Assembly: GCA_902627055.1 (NCBI GenBank)
Contig: CACOHS010000003.1
Location: forward strand, 65,490 to 129,489
Direction: 5' to 3'
DNA from: an uncultured SAR86 cluster bacterium
Lineage (GTDB): Bacteria; Pseudomonadota; Gammaproteobacteria; Magnimaribacterales; D2472
DNA length: 64,000 bases
Shown: piece by piece, positions 19,313 through 29,277 of the stretch
Numbering within the stretch: position 1 is the stretch's first letter
Layout of the letters: each line of letters begins with the position of its first letter
Program-made: the position numbers and the translations under genes
Notes under the pieces: model-generated
Seen by the model: only the letters and a program-made list of their open reading frames with translations
Databases searched by the model: none
What the model was told of the DNA's origin: nothing

Positions 19313-20793
19313 TGAGCAAATTTTATAGCAGTATTTTTTCTATATTATTGATCTCTTCTTTTGCTTTTGGACCATCAACTCTATTTGCCCAAAGTTATTC
19401 TGATGAAGGAAATAAACAAGAAAAAAGAACATATAAAAAAGCTCGAGTTCTTACCTCTAAAACTGCTAAAAAAGTAGTCAAAGTGGTTGAGGCGCTTGAA
19501 AGACAAAAAGTAGTTAAAGTTCCAGATCCTGAAAATAAAGGTAAGTTTATCGAAAAAGAGGAGGACGATCCTGATTGGGATGAGGCAAAAAGAATCTTAA
19601 CAGAGCTTTTAAATGAGCGAGGTGAATTAAAAAGTTATGACCGTTCTGTCATGTGGAATTACTGGGGTTATATATATTTCAGTGAAGAGGATTATGATCA
19701 GGCCATGTATGCATATGAGCAGCTTTTAAAAGAGCCAGAGGCAACCATACCGCTCCGAACTGCGTCTTTACTCACTCTTGCACAATTAAACCTAGTGAAG
19801 GCGAATTGGGATAAAGGTATACGTCTAATTCTTCAGTGGATGGATGAAGTAGAAAAGGTAACCGCTCAATCTTATTATCTTCTTGCATCTGCATATTTCC
19901 AAAAGGAAGATTATGTAAGGGCTCGTTCATCTATGGAAGAGGCTATAAGACTGGCTGAAGAGGAAGGTTATCGTCCAAAAGAAAATTGGTATGTTCTTCT
20001 GGCGGCATGCTTCAATGAATTAAAAGAAAGAAAAGTTATTAGTGCTTCATTTGCACTTGAGCAACAATTAGTCATTTATGAAATCTTAGTAAATTATTAT
20101 CCTAAAAAGCTTTATTTCTTGCAGCTAGGTGGAACCTATCAGCAAATGGATAGAGAAGAGGATTATATGATCACTCTAAAAGCTGCTTTTAATAAAGATC
20201 TTCTTGATAAAGAAGGCGAGTATCTTGCTTTAGCTCAATTACTTCTTCTTAGCAAAAACCCATACTGGGCTGCACAGGTTCTTGTTGCAGGCCAAAATAA
20301 AAAAGTAATTATTAAAGATGAAAAAACTGGTGAAGAATCAACAGTAGCTGTAGTAAAAGACACTGAAAAGAATCTAAAACTTTTAGCTGATTCTTGGAGA
20401 ATGGCTCAAGAGATCGATAAAGCAATACCTGTGCTTGAACAAGCCGCAAAAATGTCAAAAGAGGGCGAAACATATATATTATTAGGTAACCTATATTTAT
20501 TTGAAGATAGGATAGAGGATTCAATTAGAGCTATAGAGGCTGGACTTAAAAAAGGTAAAGTCAAAAGTGAATCTCAAGCTCAACTAGTTTTGGGGCAAGC
20601 TCACTTTGAAATGGAAAATTTTGAAGAAGCTAAAAAACAATTTAGAGCTGCTGCTAGAGATAAAGATAAGCGAATTAAAAAGACAGCTAATTCATGGATC
20701 AAATATGCTGAAAATGAAGAAGTAAGAGTTAAAAATCTTGCACTAAGAAGAGACTTTATCCAGCAATCAAAAGCGAAAGAAACTAATTCTTAA
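19312..20793 (+). CDS. Tetratricopeptide-repeat protein with signal peptide (TtpD-like)
   Basis: 493 aa with repeated TPR-like helices. Its start shares one base with the tonB stop. It is the last gene of the cluster. Confidence 0.7.
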   Translation: MSKFYSSIFSILLISSFAFGPSTLFAQSYSDEGNKQEKRTYKKARVLTSKTAKKVVKVVEALERQKVVKVPDPENKGKFIEKEEDDPDWDEAKRILTELLNERGELKSYDRSVMWNYWGYIYFSEEDYDQAMYAYEQLLKEPEATIPLRTASLLTLAQLNLVKANWDKGIRLILQWMDEVEKVTAQSYYLLASAYFQKEDYVRARSSMEEAIRLAEEEGYRPKENWYVLLAACFNELKERKVISASFALEQQLVIYEILVNYYPKKLYFLQLGGTYQQMDREEDYMITLKAAFNKDLLDKEGEYLALAQLLLLSKNPYWAAQVLVAGQNKKVIIKDEKTGEESTVAVVKDTEKNLKLLADSWRMAQEIDKAIPVLEQAAKMSKEGETYILLGNLYLFEDRIEDSIRAIEAGLKKGKVKSESQAQLVLGQAHFEMENFEEAKKQFRAAARDKDKRIKKTANSWIKYAENEEVRVKNLALRRDFIQQSKAKETNS

Positions 20794-21293
20794 TTCTTTA
20801 AATAGGTTTCAACTGAGAAATCATACTCATTTTCTTCATCCTTTTTAAAGGACTCATTTGAAATCATTCTCCATTTATCAAGATCAATGCTTGGATAAAA
20901 CACATCCCCGTTGATATCACAATTAACCCTTGTGAAAACTAGTTTATTTACTAAATTAATACTTTCTCTAAAAATGTATCCACCGCCAATTAATACAACC
21001 TCTTCAACTAAGCTATTTTCCTTGTTCCAGTCTGTTGCTTCAGAAATTGCTTGTTCTAATGAATTTACTACCTGAACTTCTCTTGTTGATGAAATTGTTG
21101 AGGATATAACAATATTTTTTCTATTTGGTAGAGGTCTGCCAATTGATTCAAATGTTTTCCTTCCCATTACAATAACTTTGTTGTGAGTATAAGCACTAAA
21201 ATGCTGAAGGTCTTTCTTTAATTTCCATGGCAAGTCATTGTCCACACCTATTACATTGTTGTTAGATAATGCTACTAAATGTGAAATTATCAT
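20790..21293 (-). CDS. folA: Dihydrofolate reductase
   Basis: 167 aa with LPWKLKKDLQHF, VIVMGRKTFESIGRPLPNR and LIGGG motifs. Confidence 0.9.
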   Translation of the reverse strand: MIISHLVALSNNNVIGVDNDLPWKLKKDLQHFSAYTHNKVIVMGRKTFESIGRPLPNRKNIVISSTISSTREVQVVNSLEQAISEATDWNKENSLVEEVVLIGGGYIFRESINLVNKLVFTRVNCDINGDVFYPSIDLDKWRMISNESFKKDEENEYDFSVETYLKN

Positions 21294-21298
21294 TTTAT

Positions 21299-22165
21299 TT
21301 AAATTGCCATTTTTGCTTTTAAAGCTGGATGAGATTCATAGCCATCTAAAATAAAATCACTGACAGAACAATTCTTTATCGCATCGATTGACTCTAGCTG
21401 AGGCATTACTAGTTTTGGAAGTTTTTTAGGTGTTCTTGTTAGTTGTTCTTTAACTTGCTCCAAGCTATTTTTATAAATATGTGCATCTCCAAATGTATGA
21501 ATAAAATCTCCTGGAGCAAGTTTTAAGATATTTGCCAAAATGGATTGAAGTAAAGCATAGCTAGCAATATTAAATGGAACACCTAAAAACATATCTGCAC
21601 TTCTTTGATACATTTGACATGATAGACGTCCACTTTCAGAAACATAGAATTGTGACATGACATGACATGGGGGGAGGGCCATATAATCAAGTTGCTCAAC
21701 GTTCCATGCGCTCAAAATGTGTCTTCTTCCATAAGGATTAGATTTTATGTCATTAATTAATTTTTTAATTTGATCAATGCCGCCCCAATTTCTCCATTGA
21801 ACTCCATATACTGGGCCTAGTTTTTTTGTAATATCATTATTCTCATAACCAAGATCAACTCCTTGATTGTCAGCATTATCGGTCCAAATGGTGGAAAATT
21901 TACTTAAATCAGTCAGTTCAGTCCGATCTTTTTCAAATCTAATTTCAGCTAATCTACGCTCATCATCTGAGCCTTCAAGAAACCATAATAATTCTGAAAC
22001 CACTCCTTTCCAGGCAAGTGATTTAGTTGTAACCGCAGGGAATCCATCATTAAGATCAAAACGGATTTGATGTCCGAAAGAGGAAATTACGCCCGTTCCA
22101 GTTCTATCTCCTCGATCTTCACCGTTTTTAAGTATGTAGTCTAATAGGTCAAGATATTGCTTCAT
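21299..22165 (-). CDS. thyA: Thymidylate synthase (ThyA type)
   Basis: DRTGTG, LPPCH (catalytic Cys) and YQRSADMFLGVPFNIASY motifs. Confidence 0.95.
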   Translation of the reverse strand: MKQYLDLLDYILKNGEDRGDRTGTGVISSFGHQIRFDLNDGFPAVTTKSLAWKGVVSELLWFLEGSDDERRLAEIRFEKDRTELTDLSKFSTIWTDNADNQGVDLGYENNDITKKLGPVYGVQWRNWGGIDQIKKLINDIKSNPYGRRHILSAWNVEQLDYMALPPCHVMSQFYVSESGRLSCQMYQRSADMFLGVPFNIASYALLQSILANILKLAPGDFIHTFGDAHIYKNSLEQVKEQLTRTPKKLPKLVMPQLESIDAIKNCSVSDFILDGYESHPALKAKMAI

Positions 22166-22955
22166 TTTTCTTTAAAGATTTCATCAAAAGTAAGAGCCCA
22201 ATAATTGCCATGGGGATGCTAAGAAGCTGACCCATGCTTAATTGTAATGCAACAAAACCCATGTGAGAATCAGGTTGCCTAAAGTATTCTACAAAAAATC
22301 TTATTGCTCCATAACCCAGTAAAAAGGTTCCACTGATAACCCCATGCTTATTATTTTTAGCATTAACAAACATAAGCAAAATAAAGAGAAATACACCCTC
22401 AAAAAATGCTTCATAGAGTTGCGATGGATGTCTTGTAAAACCATATGGATCTGTTGGAAAAATAAATCCCCAAGTTCCGTCAGTAGGCCTTCCAAAAAGC
22501 TCTCCATTCATAAAGTTTCCAATTCTGACCAAGCCAAGACCAATTGGCATGGCAAGACATATAGAATCTGCAAGTCTAAGGAAAGATATCTTGTATTGAT
22601 AGCAATAGACATACAAACTCAAAATGACTCCAATCAAACCACCATGAAAGCTTAAGCCACCTTCCCATATAAAAAATAAACTCAGGGGATTTGATGCTAA
22701 TTGATCCAAGCCATATAAAAACATGTAACCAAATCTTCCGCCAAGCATGGCACCAAATATTAATCCATACAAAAATACAATATCATTGACTTGATCGGAA
22801 GTTAGTTTTAACTCTTTGATGATTTGATGGTTCTTTAAATACTGAAAAATAAAAATCGCTGATAGGATCCATGTGACAGCATAATATTGAATTCTAAACC
22901 AGCCAATCTCAATTAAACTTGGGTTATTAAAGAAATCTGAAAGTTCAATGATCAA
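22149..22955 (-). CDS. lgt: Prolipoprotein diacylglyceryl transferase
   Basis: 268 aa, multi-TM, with the GGLSFHGGLIG and HPSQLYE motifs. The lgt-thyA order is conserved. Confidence 0.9.
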   Translation of the reverse strand: MIIELSDFFNNPSLIEIGWFRIQYYAVTWILSAIFIFQYLKNHQIIKELKLTSDQVNDIVFLYGLIFGAMLGGRFGYMFLYGLDQLASNPLSLFFIWEGGLSFHGGLIGVILSLYVYCYQYKISFLRLADSICLAMPIGLGLVRIGNFMNGELFGRPTDGTWGFIFPTDPYGFTRHPSQLYEAFFEGVFLFILLMFVNAKNNKHGVISGTFLLGYGAIRFFVEYFRQPDSHMGFVALQLSMGQLLSIPMAIIGLLLLMKSLKKNEAIS

Positions 22956-23761
22956 TTTGCTATTACCAAAATACCAATCAAAATTAAAAATATGCCAAAT
23001 GATATTTTAAGATTTTTTTCAGAAATAGAGTGACTTATATTAGCTCCGAGTCTAGCAGTTAATATGCTAGCTAAAGAGATTGAAATAACTGCTGGCCAAA
23101 AAACATAACCAAAAGCTCCTGGTGGAAGTGCTACTTCTGATGATTTTCCAAAATACATATAGCCAAAAGCTCCTGCAACCGCTATTGGAACTCCACATGC
23201 CGCTGCAGTGCCAATTCCACTGCGAATATTATAGCCTCCAGCGATCATTAATGGCGTGGTAAATGATCCTCCCCCAATTCCAATTATAGAAGATAAAAAT
23301 CCTATCCAAGATCCATGAACTGGCATAATAGATTTAGATAAAGTAACAAGCTTTTGATCTTTATTGGCAAGAGATTTTGTGAAGTTAGAAATCATTTCTA
23401 TACCAATTAGAATTAAAAAAATTGTAATGATCCATTTTAAATTTTCATTTGTAAGGGTTGCTGCATATCTTGCGCCGAGAACAGCACCTAAGACCATTCC
23501 CATTGATAAAGGAATCACCAGAGGCCATTCAACACTTCTTTTTTTATGATGAGAAAGTGCTGATGAAATAGCTGAGAAAGAAATACTTGCAAGCGATGTG
23601 CCAATCGCCATAAGAAATATAATGGAGCTCTCAAATCCCATGCCATAAAAAATAAAAATTAATGATGGCACCAATATGCTGCCACCGCCAATACCAAACA
23701 TGCCCGCTAGCAAGCCAGTAAATGCCCCTAAAGATAGATAAATGAGAATATCAATCATCAT
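22952..23761 (-). CDS. TauE/SafE (YfcA-like) anion exporter family membrane protein
   Basis: 269 aa. Two repeated halves, each with a GIGGG motif. Confidence 0.8.
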   Translation of the reverse strand: MMIDILIYLSLGAFTGLLAGMFGIGGGSILVPSLIFIFYGMGFESSIIFLMAIGTSLASISFSAISSALSHHKKRSVEWPLVIPLSMGMVLGAVLGARYAATLTNENLKWIITIFLILIGIEMISNFTKSLANKDQKLVTLSKSIMPVHGSWIGFLSSIIGIGGGSFTTPLMIAGGYNIRSGIGTAAACGVPIAVAGAFGYMYFGKSSEVALPPGAFGYVFWPAVISISLASILTARLGANISHSISEKNLKISFGIFLILIGILVIAN

Positions 23762-24233
23762 AAAGACTTATATATTTTGGGAGAAATTCAATTAATACAT
23801 TTCTATAAACTTCTCGTTTAAATGGAACAACATTTGTTAAAGCAAACCAGTAAGAAGACCACCTATAGTCTATAAATTCTTGAGGGATTTGATTTGAGAG
23901 ATTTATCTTGAGCTCATCTTTAGCTTTGAGTAAATACCATTTCTGTTTTTGACCACTAAAATTTTTTAGACTTCTTGGTCTTGGTTTATACCCTTTAGGT
24001 ATGTCGTAATGATACCAATGCTTGCTTCTTGAGATAACTTTTATTTGATGTTTGGCAATTCCAACTTCTTCGAATAGCTCTCGATAGGCAGCATCTAAAT
24101 TTTTCTCGCCTGCATCAATCCCACCTTGAGGAAATTGCCAAGCGCTTTTGTCCTTTCTTTTGCAAATCAATAATTGATTATTTTCATTTAATACAATCAA
24201 GCCAACATTTTTTCTGTAACGTTTGTCATTCAT
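23751..24233 (-). CDS. rppH: RNA pyrophosphohydrolase RppH (Nudix)
   Basis: Nudix box GGIDAGEKNLDAAYRELFEEVG. YRKNVGLIV N-terminus. Confidence 0.85.
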   Translation of the reverse strand: MNDKRYRKNVGLIVLNENNQLLICKRKDKSAWQFPQGGIDAGEKNLDAAYRELFEEVGIAKHQIKVISRSKHWYHYDIPKGYKPRPRSLKNFSGQKQKWYLLKAKDELKINLSNQIPQEFIDYRWSSYWFALTNVVPFKREVYRNVLIEFLPKYISLYDD

Positions 24234-24249
24234 GTTAGATTAACCTCTT

Positions 24250-24918
24250 ATGAGCAAGCCTGATTTAGCTATTTTTGACTTAGATAATACCATTCTAAAT
24301 GGAGATTCAGATTATTCGATGATTAATTATCTAATAGATATTAATCTTCTTGATAAAGTGGCAAAGCTTAAAAATGATGAATTTATTAAAGATTATCAGC
24401 AGGGACAATTAGATCTTAATCAATATACGAATTTTGCTTTAAAGCCATATATAGGTATGACAAGAAAAGAAGTTAACGAAGTCATACTTCCATTTGTAGA
24501 AAAAATAATTGAACCAATGATAAATATTTTTGCCTTAAAACTTCTGCATGAACATTATGAAAAGGGACATGAGATATTACTTGCAAGCGCAACAAATGAA
24601 CTTATTGTAAAACCAATAGCCAAAAGATTAGAAATTAAAAATGTTATAGCTACAAAAGTAGAATTTAAAAACAATAAATGCACAGGTGAGTTTATTCCTC
24701 CATCTGCCTTGGGTGAAGGAAAGTTAAAATTAGTAGAGTCTTGGATAAAAGATAACAAATATAAAAATTTCAAAGGCGTAACCTTTTATTCAGATTCTAT
24801 AAATGACCTTCCCTTAATGGAGGCTGTTGAATTTCCAAAGGCTGTAAACCCAGATGCAAAACTTGAGAAAATTTCAATTGAAAGAGGCTGGCAAGTTATA
24901 AAATTGCCAATAATTTGA
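24250..24918 (+). CDS. HAD-IB family hydrolase (SerB-like)
   Basis: FDLDNTIL is motif I. Also has a cap domain and YSDSINDLPL. Confidence 0.75.
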   Translation: MSKPDLAIFDLDNTILNGDSDYSMINYLIDINLLDKVAKLKNDEFIKDYQQGQLDLNQYTNFALKPYIGMTRKEVNEVILPFVEKIIEPMINIFALKLLHEHYEKGHEILLASATNELIVKPIAKRLEIKNVIATKVEFKNNKCTGEFIPPSALGEGKLKLVESWIKDNKYKNFKGVTFYSDSINDLPLMEAVEFPKAVNPDAKLEKISIERGWQVIKLPII

Positions 24919-24942
24919 AAAGAATTTTTCTTTCTATATAAT
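24915..24942 (+). promoter_or_regulatory. Sigma-70 promoter of the Fe(III) ABC operon: TTGAAA-N16-TATAAT
   Basis: TTGAAA at 24915-24920 and TATAAT at 24937-24942, with a 16-nt spacer, 47 nt upstream of the start codon. Confidence 0.5.
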
Positions 24943-24944
24943 CC

Positions 24945-24965
24945 AAATGAGAATCATTCTCAATA
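24945..24965. promoter_or_regulatory. Fur box (perfect 7-1-7 palindrome TGAGAAT-C-ATTCTCA)
   Basis: 24948-24962 matches 12 of 14 positions of the Fur core TGATAATCATTATC. It lies immediately downstream of the -10 element and upstream of an iron-uptake operon. Confidence 0.65.
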
Positions 24966-24988
24966 AATATAAAAATAAGAGGTCTTAA

Positions 24989-26008
24989 ATGTTTAAATCC
25001 ACTCTTTCTTTAATTTTAGTGGTTGCAAGCTCATTGTCTGTTGCTAATGAAGTAAATATTTATACATCAAGACACTATGACTCTGATGATCAGCTATATG
25101 AAGATTTTCGGAAAGAGACAGGGATTAAAATTAATGTCATTTCAGGCAATGGAAGTGCTTTACTTGAAAGATTAAAATCTGAGGGTGCAAACTCTCCTGC
25201 CGATGTTTTTTTTACTGTAGACGCAGGCAATTTATGGAAAATTCAAAAAGAAGGATATTTTCAAAGTATCTCCTCTTCAAAAGCTTTATCAATAGTACCT
25301 AAAAACTTAAGAGGTCCTAATGATGAATGGATAGCAATTGCTAAAAGAGCGCGAGTAATTTTTTATAATCCGGATAATGTATCAAGTGAAGAAATGAAAG
25401 ATCTTCGCTATGAGAATCTTGCCGATAAAGAGTGGAGCAATAGGATTGTTATTAGAAGTTCTAATAACATCTATAATCAATCATTAGTAGCATCATTAAT
25501 TTCAACTCATGGGATAGAAAAAACAGAATTATGGGCTAAAGGGCTAGTATCAAATTTTGCAAGAAAACCTCAAGGTAATGACAGATCTCAAATTATGGCA
25601 GTTGCTAATGGCATGGCAGATCTTGCAATAGCTAACAGCTATTATTACGGATATATGTTGTCCGGAAAAGCAGGCGAAGATCAACAAAAATCTGCACAGA
25701 AGGTAAAAATGTTTTTTCCTAATCAGAATGACAGAGGAGTGCATATTAATATAAGTGGATTGGGCGTCTTAAAGAATGCAAAAAATGTTGATAATGCAAA
25801 TAGATTCATAGAGTTTTTGCTATCCAAAAAAATGCAAGCAAGCATGGTAAACAATTCATTTGAGTATCCTGTCGTAAAAAATGTCCTGCCTCATCCTGAT
25901 ATAGCTAGTTCTGGCTTGGATTTTGCAGAGGATGAAATCTTGGTTTCAGAGTACGGTAGGTTTAATTCAGAAGCCCTAAAACTTATGGATAGGGCTGGCT
26001 GGAAATAA
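24989..26008 (+). CDS. fbpA: Fe(III) ABC transporter periplasmic substrate-binding protein (FbpA/AfuA/FutA family)
   Basis: 339 aa with a signal peptide. Starts VNIYTSRHY... and has the ANSYYY motif. Confidence 0.85.
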   Translation: MFKSTLSLILVVASSLSVANEVNIYTSRHYDSDDQLYEDFRKETGIKINVISGNGSALLERLKSEGANSPADVFFTVDAGNLWKIQKEGYFQSISSSKALSIVPKNLRGPNDEWIAIAKRARVIFYNPDNVSSEEMKDLRYENLADKEWSNRIVIRSSNNIYNQSLVASLISTHGIEKTELWAKGLVSNFARKPQGNDRSQIMAVANGMADLAIANSYYYGYMLSGKAGEDQQKSAQKVKMFFPNQNDRGVHINISGLGVLKNAKNVDNANRFIEFLLSKKMQASMVNNSFEYPVVKNVLPHPDIASSGLDFAEDEILVSEYGRFNSEALKLMDRAGWK

Positions 26009-26054
26009 CCATATTATGATAGTCTGATTTATTAACTAAACTCAGTTATATAAA

Positions 26055-27680
26055 GTGCCATTTTTAAAAATTCTCTCCATTTGGCATGTCTTGCCAATTC
26101 TTATTCTTCTGATATTTATGTCTCCTATACTTATAATTTTGTTTAGTCTGCTTGGTGACTACTCTGAAAACTGGCAGCATATCTATAAATATGTTCTGAC
26201 TGACTATATTGTTAATTCGTTGATTTTGGTATCGGGAGTCTCAACTCTGGTCATAATCATAGGTTCTGTCACAGCTTGGATAGTTACAAATTATCAGTTT
26301 GTAGGTAGACGTTTTTTTGAATGGGGCCTTATCTTGCCATTAGCAATACCACCATACATTTTAGCCTATACATTTACGGGTTTATTTGACTCATATGGAA
26401 CATTGAATGAAATCGCAAGATCGATTTTTAATTTACAACAAAGTGAGTCGCTTTTTCCAAATATCCGAAATATCTATGGAGCAATTTTAGTTTTTTCATT
26501 TACCCTTTATCCATATGTGTATTTGATTTGCCGCACCGCTTTTTTGAATCAATCAAGATCTATGTTTGAAATTGGTAGAACATTAGGTTTATCTCAAAAA
26601 TTAATTTTTTTAAAGCTAGCTCTTCCTGTTGTAAGACCAGCATTAATTGCAGGCACCATGATAGTTGCTATGGAAACCTTGTCTGACTTTGGTGCAGTTG
26701 ATCACTTTGCTGTTTCAACATTTACAACAGGTATTTTTAGGACTTGGTATGGAATGTATGATTTGACTACCGCTATGCAATTAGCATCAATGCTTTTAAT
26801 TTTTATAACTTTTTGTTTAGTCATAGAAAGAATGTCTAGAAGGAACGCCAGTTTTTCTACGATTTCATCAAATTTCAAGCCAACGTCAGTTAAGAAAGTG
26901 TCTTCTCAACAATCTATCTTATGTTTTGTTATTTGTTTTGTGCCTATATTTATTGGGTTTATTTTGCCAATACTTGAAATTCTAAATTGGTCATTAAGGC
27001 TTAACTCGGGTTTTTTTGAAAAACATTTTTTTAGCATATCTTTTAACACAATTTTATTATCAGTATTTTCTGCAATACTTTGCACCTTCATCGCAATGCT
27101 TATAAATTTTTCAATTAGATATCAAAATAGCTCAACCATTAAATCAATCAATCCTTTTTTAAATATTGGATATGCTGTACCAGGGCTAATTCTCGCGGTA
27201 GGAATTGTTCAATTATTTGTATTTTTAGATAACAATTTATTGAATTCCTTTGAGGGATATTTTGTTACGGGAAGTATATTTGGTTTGATCTTTGCTTACA
27301 TCATTAAGTCTTATGCTCTAGCAAATTCTACTTATGAGGCTGGTTATCAAAAAATAAGCCAAACGCTTGATGATAGTGCTCGTATTTTAAAATCAAAGGG
27401 TATGAATCTTCTTTTTAGAGTTCATTTCCCTCTTTTAAAGACTAGTTTTTTTACCAGTATTCTTTTAGTCACATCTGAAGTTGTGAAGGAATTACCAGCA
27501 ACATTAATTTTGCGACCTTTTAATTTTGAAACTTTGGCAGTTTCAACATATATTTATGCCTCAGAGGAAAGAATGATTGAAGCAGCTGCTCCAGCAACAG
27601 CGATAATATTAATTGGTTTAATACCTATTTTCTTTTTAACAAAAATGATTAGAGCATCTCGATTGGAAGGCAGGAAATGA
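26055..27680 (+). CDS. fbpB: Fe(III) ABC transporter permease (duplicated two-domain FbpB type)
   Basis: 541 aa, about 12 TM, with two EAA-type permease halves. GTG start. Confidence 0.85.
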   Translation: MPFLKILSIWHVLPILILLIFMSPILIILFSLLGDYSENWQHIYKYVLTDYIVNSLILVSGVSTLVIIIGSVTAWIVTNYQFVGRRFFEWGLILPLAIPPYILAYTFTGLFDSYGTLNEIARSIFNLQQSESLFPNIRNIYGAILVFSFTLYPYVYLICRTAFLNQSRSMFEIGRTLGLSQKLIFLKLALPVVRPALIAGTMIVAMETLSDFGAVDHFAVSTFTTGIFRTWYGMYDLTTAMQLASMLLIFITFCLVIERMSRRNASFSTISSNFKPTSVKKVSSQQSILCFVICFVPIFIGFILPILEILNWSLRLNSGFFEKHFFSISFNTILLSVFSAILCTFIAMLINFSIRYQNSSTIKSINPFLNIGYAVPGLILAVGIVQLFVFLDNNLLNSFEGYFVTGSIFGLIFAYIIKSYALANSTYEAGYQKISQTLDDSARILKSKGMNLLFRVHFPLLKTSFFTSILLVTSEVVKELPATLILRPFNFETLAVSTYIYASEERMIEAAAPATAIILIGLIPIFFLTKMIRASRLEGRK

Positions 27681-28330
27681 AAAATATTCTTGAAATAAGA
27701 CATTTATCTCATTCTTATGGCAATGAAATTTCAATAATTAAAGATTTTAGTTTCATATTAAAAGATGGTGAAATCGCATCAATAATTGGTGCTTCTGGCA
27801 TTGGGAAAACAACTTTATTGAGAATTATTGCTGGATTGGAGGAGCCTGCTGAGGGTGAAGTAAGAATAAAGGAAGAGCTGGTTTCAAGTAAGAATTTTAT
27901 GCTACCTCCTGAGAAAAGAAACTTGGGACTCGTTGTTGAAGACAGGGCTCTTTTTCCACATTTAAACATTAAAAAAAATGTAATGTTTGGAATAAATAAT
28001 ATTGAAGAAAAAGAATCATTGACCCGTTATTATCTTGAGTTGTTTAAAGTTCTTGATTTAGAAGAAAAATTTCCTCATGAAATATCAGCTGGTCAGCAAC
28101 AACGCGTTGCTTTTGCCAGAGCATTAATTACTGATCCAGATATTCTTTTACTTGATGAGCCGTTTGCTGCACTTGATAAAAGACTTAAAAGTGAATTGCA
28201 TCTTGAAACAAAGAAAATTTTTAAAGAAAAAGGCTTGTCAGTAATTCTAGTCACACATGATGAGGAAGAGGCAGAGTATTTTTCAGATAAAATATTAGTG
28301 TTTCAAGAGGACAAGATAATAGTCCGTTAG
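27677..28330 (+). CDS. fbpC: ABC transporter ATP-binding protein, short form without a C-terminal regulatory domain
   Basis: Walker A is GASGIGKTT, the signature is ISAGQQQR and Walker B is ILLLDEP. Only 217 aa. Confidence 0.85.
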   Translation: MKNILEIRHLSHSYGNEISIIKDFSFILKDGEIASIIGASGIGKTTLLRIIAGLEEPAEGEVRIKEELVSSKNFMLPPEKRNLGLVVEDRALFPHLNIKKNVMFGINNIEEKESLTRYYLELFKVLDLEEKFPHEISAGQQQRVAFARALITDPDILLLDEPFAALDKRLKSELHLETKKIFKEKGLSVILVTHDEEEAEYFSDKILVFQEDKIIVR

Positions 28331-28337
28331 AATCTTT

Positions 28338-29228
28338 TTAGCCGTCTACATTTTCCATATTTTTAATTGCTTTACTCATTTGCCTTTCTCTTGTGACATG
28401 CTCATTTACAGCCTTTAGCATAGCATCTGTTTTTTTCTGAAGATCATTGGTAGAGTTTCCAAAATTTTCAAACTCTTTTTTAAGTTTTCCAAACTCCTTC
28501 ATGATCTCGCTTGCCTTTTCATTTATTGCAAGCGTTCTAAAGCCCATATGAACACTAATTAGATATGCTGCAAGAGAATTAGGGCCCATTATTAAAACTC
28601 TACTATCTCTGAATATTTGCTCCCTAATGTCGCTTATTGAGTCAATGAGTTGCATCAAAGATTCGCTTGGAATAAACATGATTCCTAATTCAACGGTAAT
28701 TCCCGATTGAATATATTTACTGTTAATATCATTTGCATCATTAATTACGTGTCTTCGAATTGCATCGATTGCTGTTTTGATTTCATGTGCATTGCTATTA
28801 TCTATGGCTGATAAATAATTATCATAAAGACCAGACGGAAATTTTGCATCAATTGGCAGCAGGAGTCCCTCAGGTAATTTAATTGCAAACTCAACTCTTT
28901 TACCTGACCCACTTATAACTTCAGCATTTTCAATGAATTGGTTGGGGTGAAAAATGTCTTTAATTATCGCATCCAGCGCCCATTCTCCAAATGTTCCAGC
29001 CAATACTCCTCCAGACAAATACCTATTGAGCTTACTTAGTGGATCTTGAAAAGATTGAATTTCACTGGATAAATCAGATAATTTAATTTCTTGTCTTTCA
29101 ACTGCTTTATCTATATCTCTTAAAGATTCTTTGGAATCGGAGTCTTGAGAACGATCTTTAATATTTAGGTATATCAATAATCCTAAAAGAAGGATTATTA
29201 TGATTAAAAGAATCCATATATATGCCAC
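28338..29228 (-). CDS. rmuC: DNA recombination protein RmuC homologue (short form)
   Basis: N-terminal TM segment and a short coiled coil. The VEFAIKLPEG...LPIDAKFP motif is characteristic of RmuC. Confidence 0.75.
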   Translation of the reverse strand: MAYIWILLIIIILLLGLLIYLNIKDRSQDSDSKESLRDIDKAVERQEIKLSDLSSEIQSFQDPLSKLNRYLSGGVLAGTFGEWALDAIIKDIFHPNQFIENAEVISGSGKRVEFAIKLPEGLLLPIDAKFPSGLYDNYLSAIDNSNAHEIKTAIDAIRRHVINDANDINSKYIQSGITVELGIMFIPSESLMQLIDSISDIREQIFRDSRVLIMGPNSLAAYLISVHMGFRTLAINEKASEIMKEFGKLKKEFENFGNSTNDLQKKTDAMLKAVNEHVTRERQMSKAIKNMENVDG

Positions 29229-29277
29229 TTATAAATTTATCCTATAAAATATATCAACCAATATACTCAATGATACT

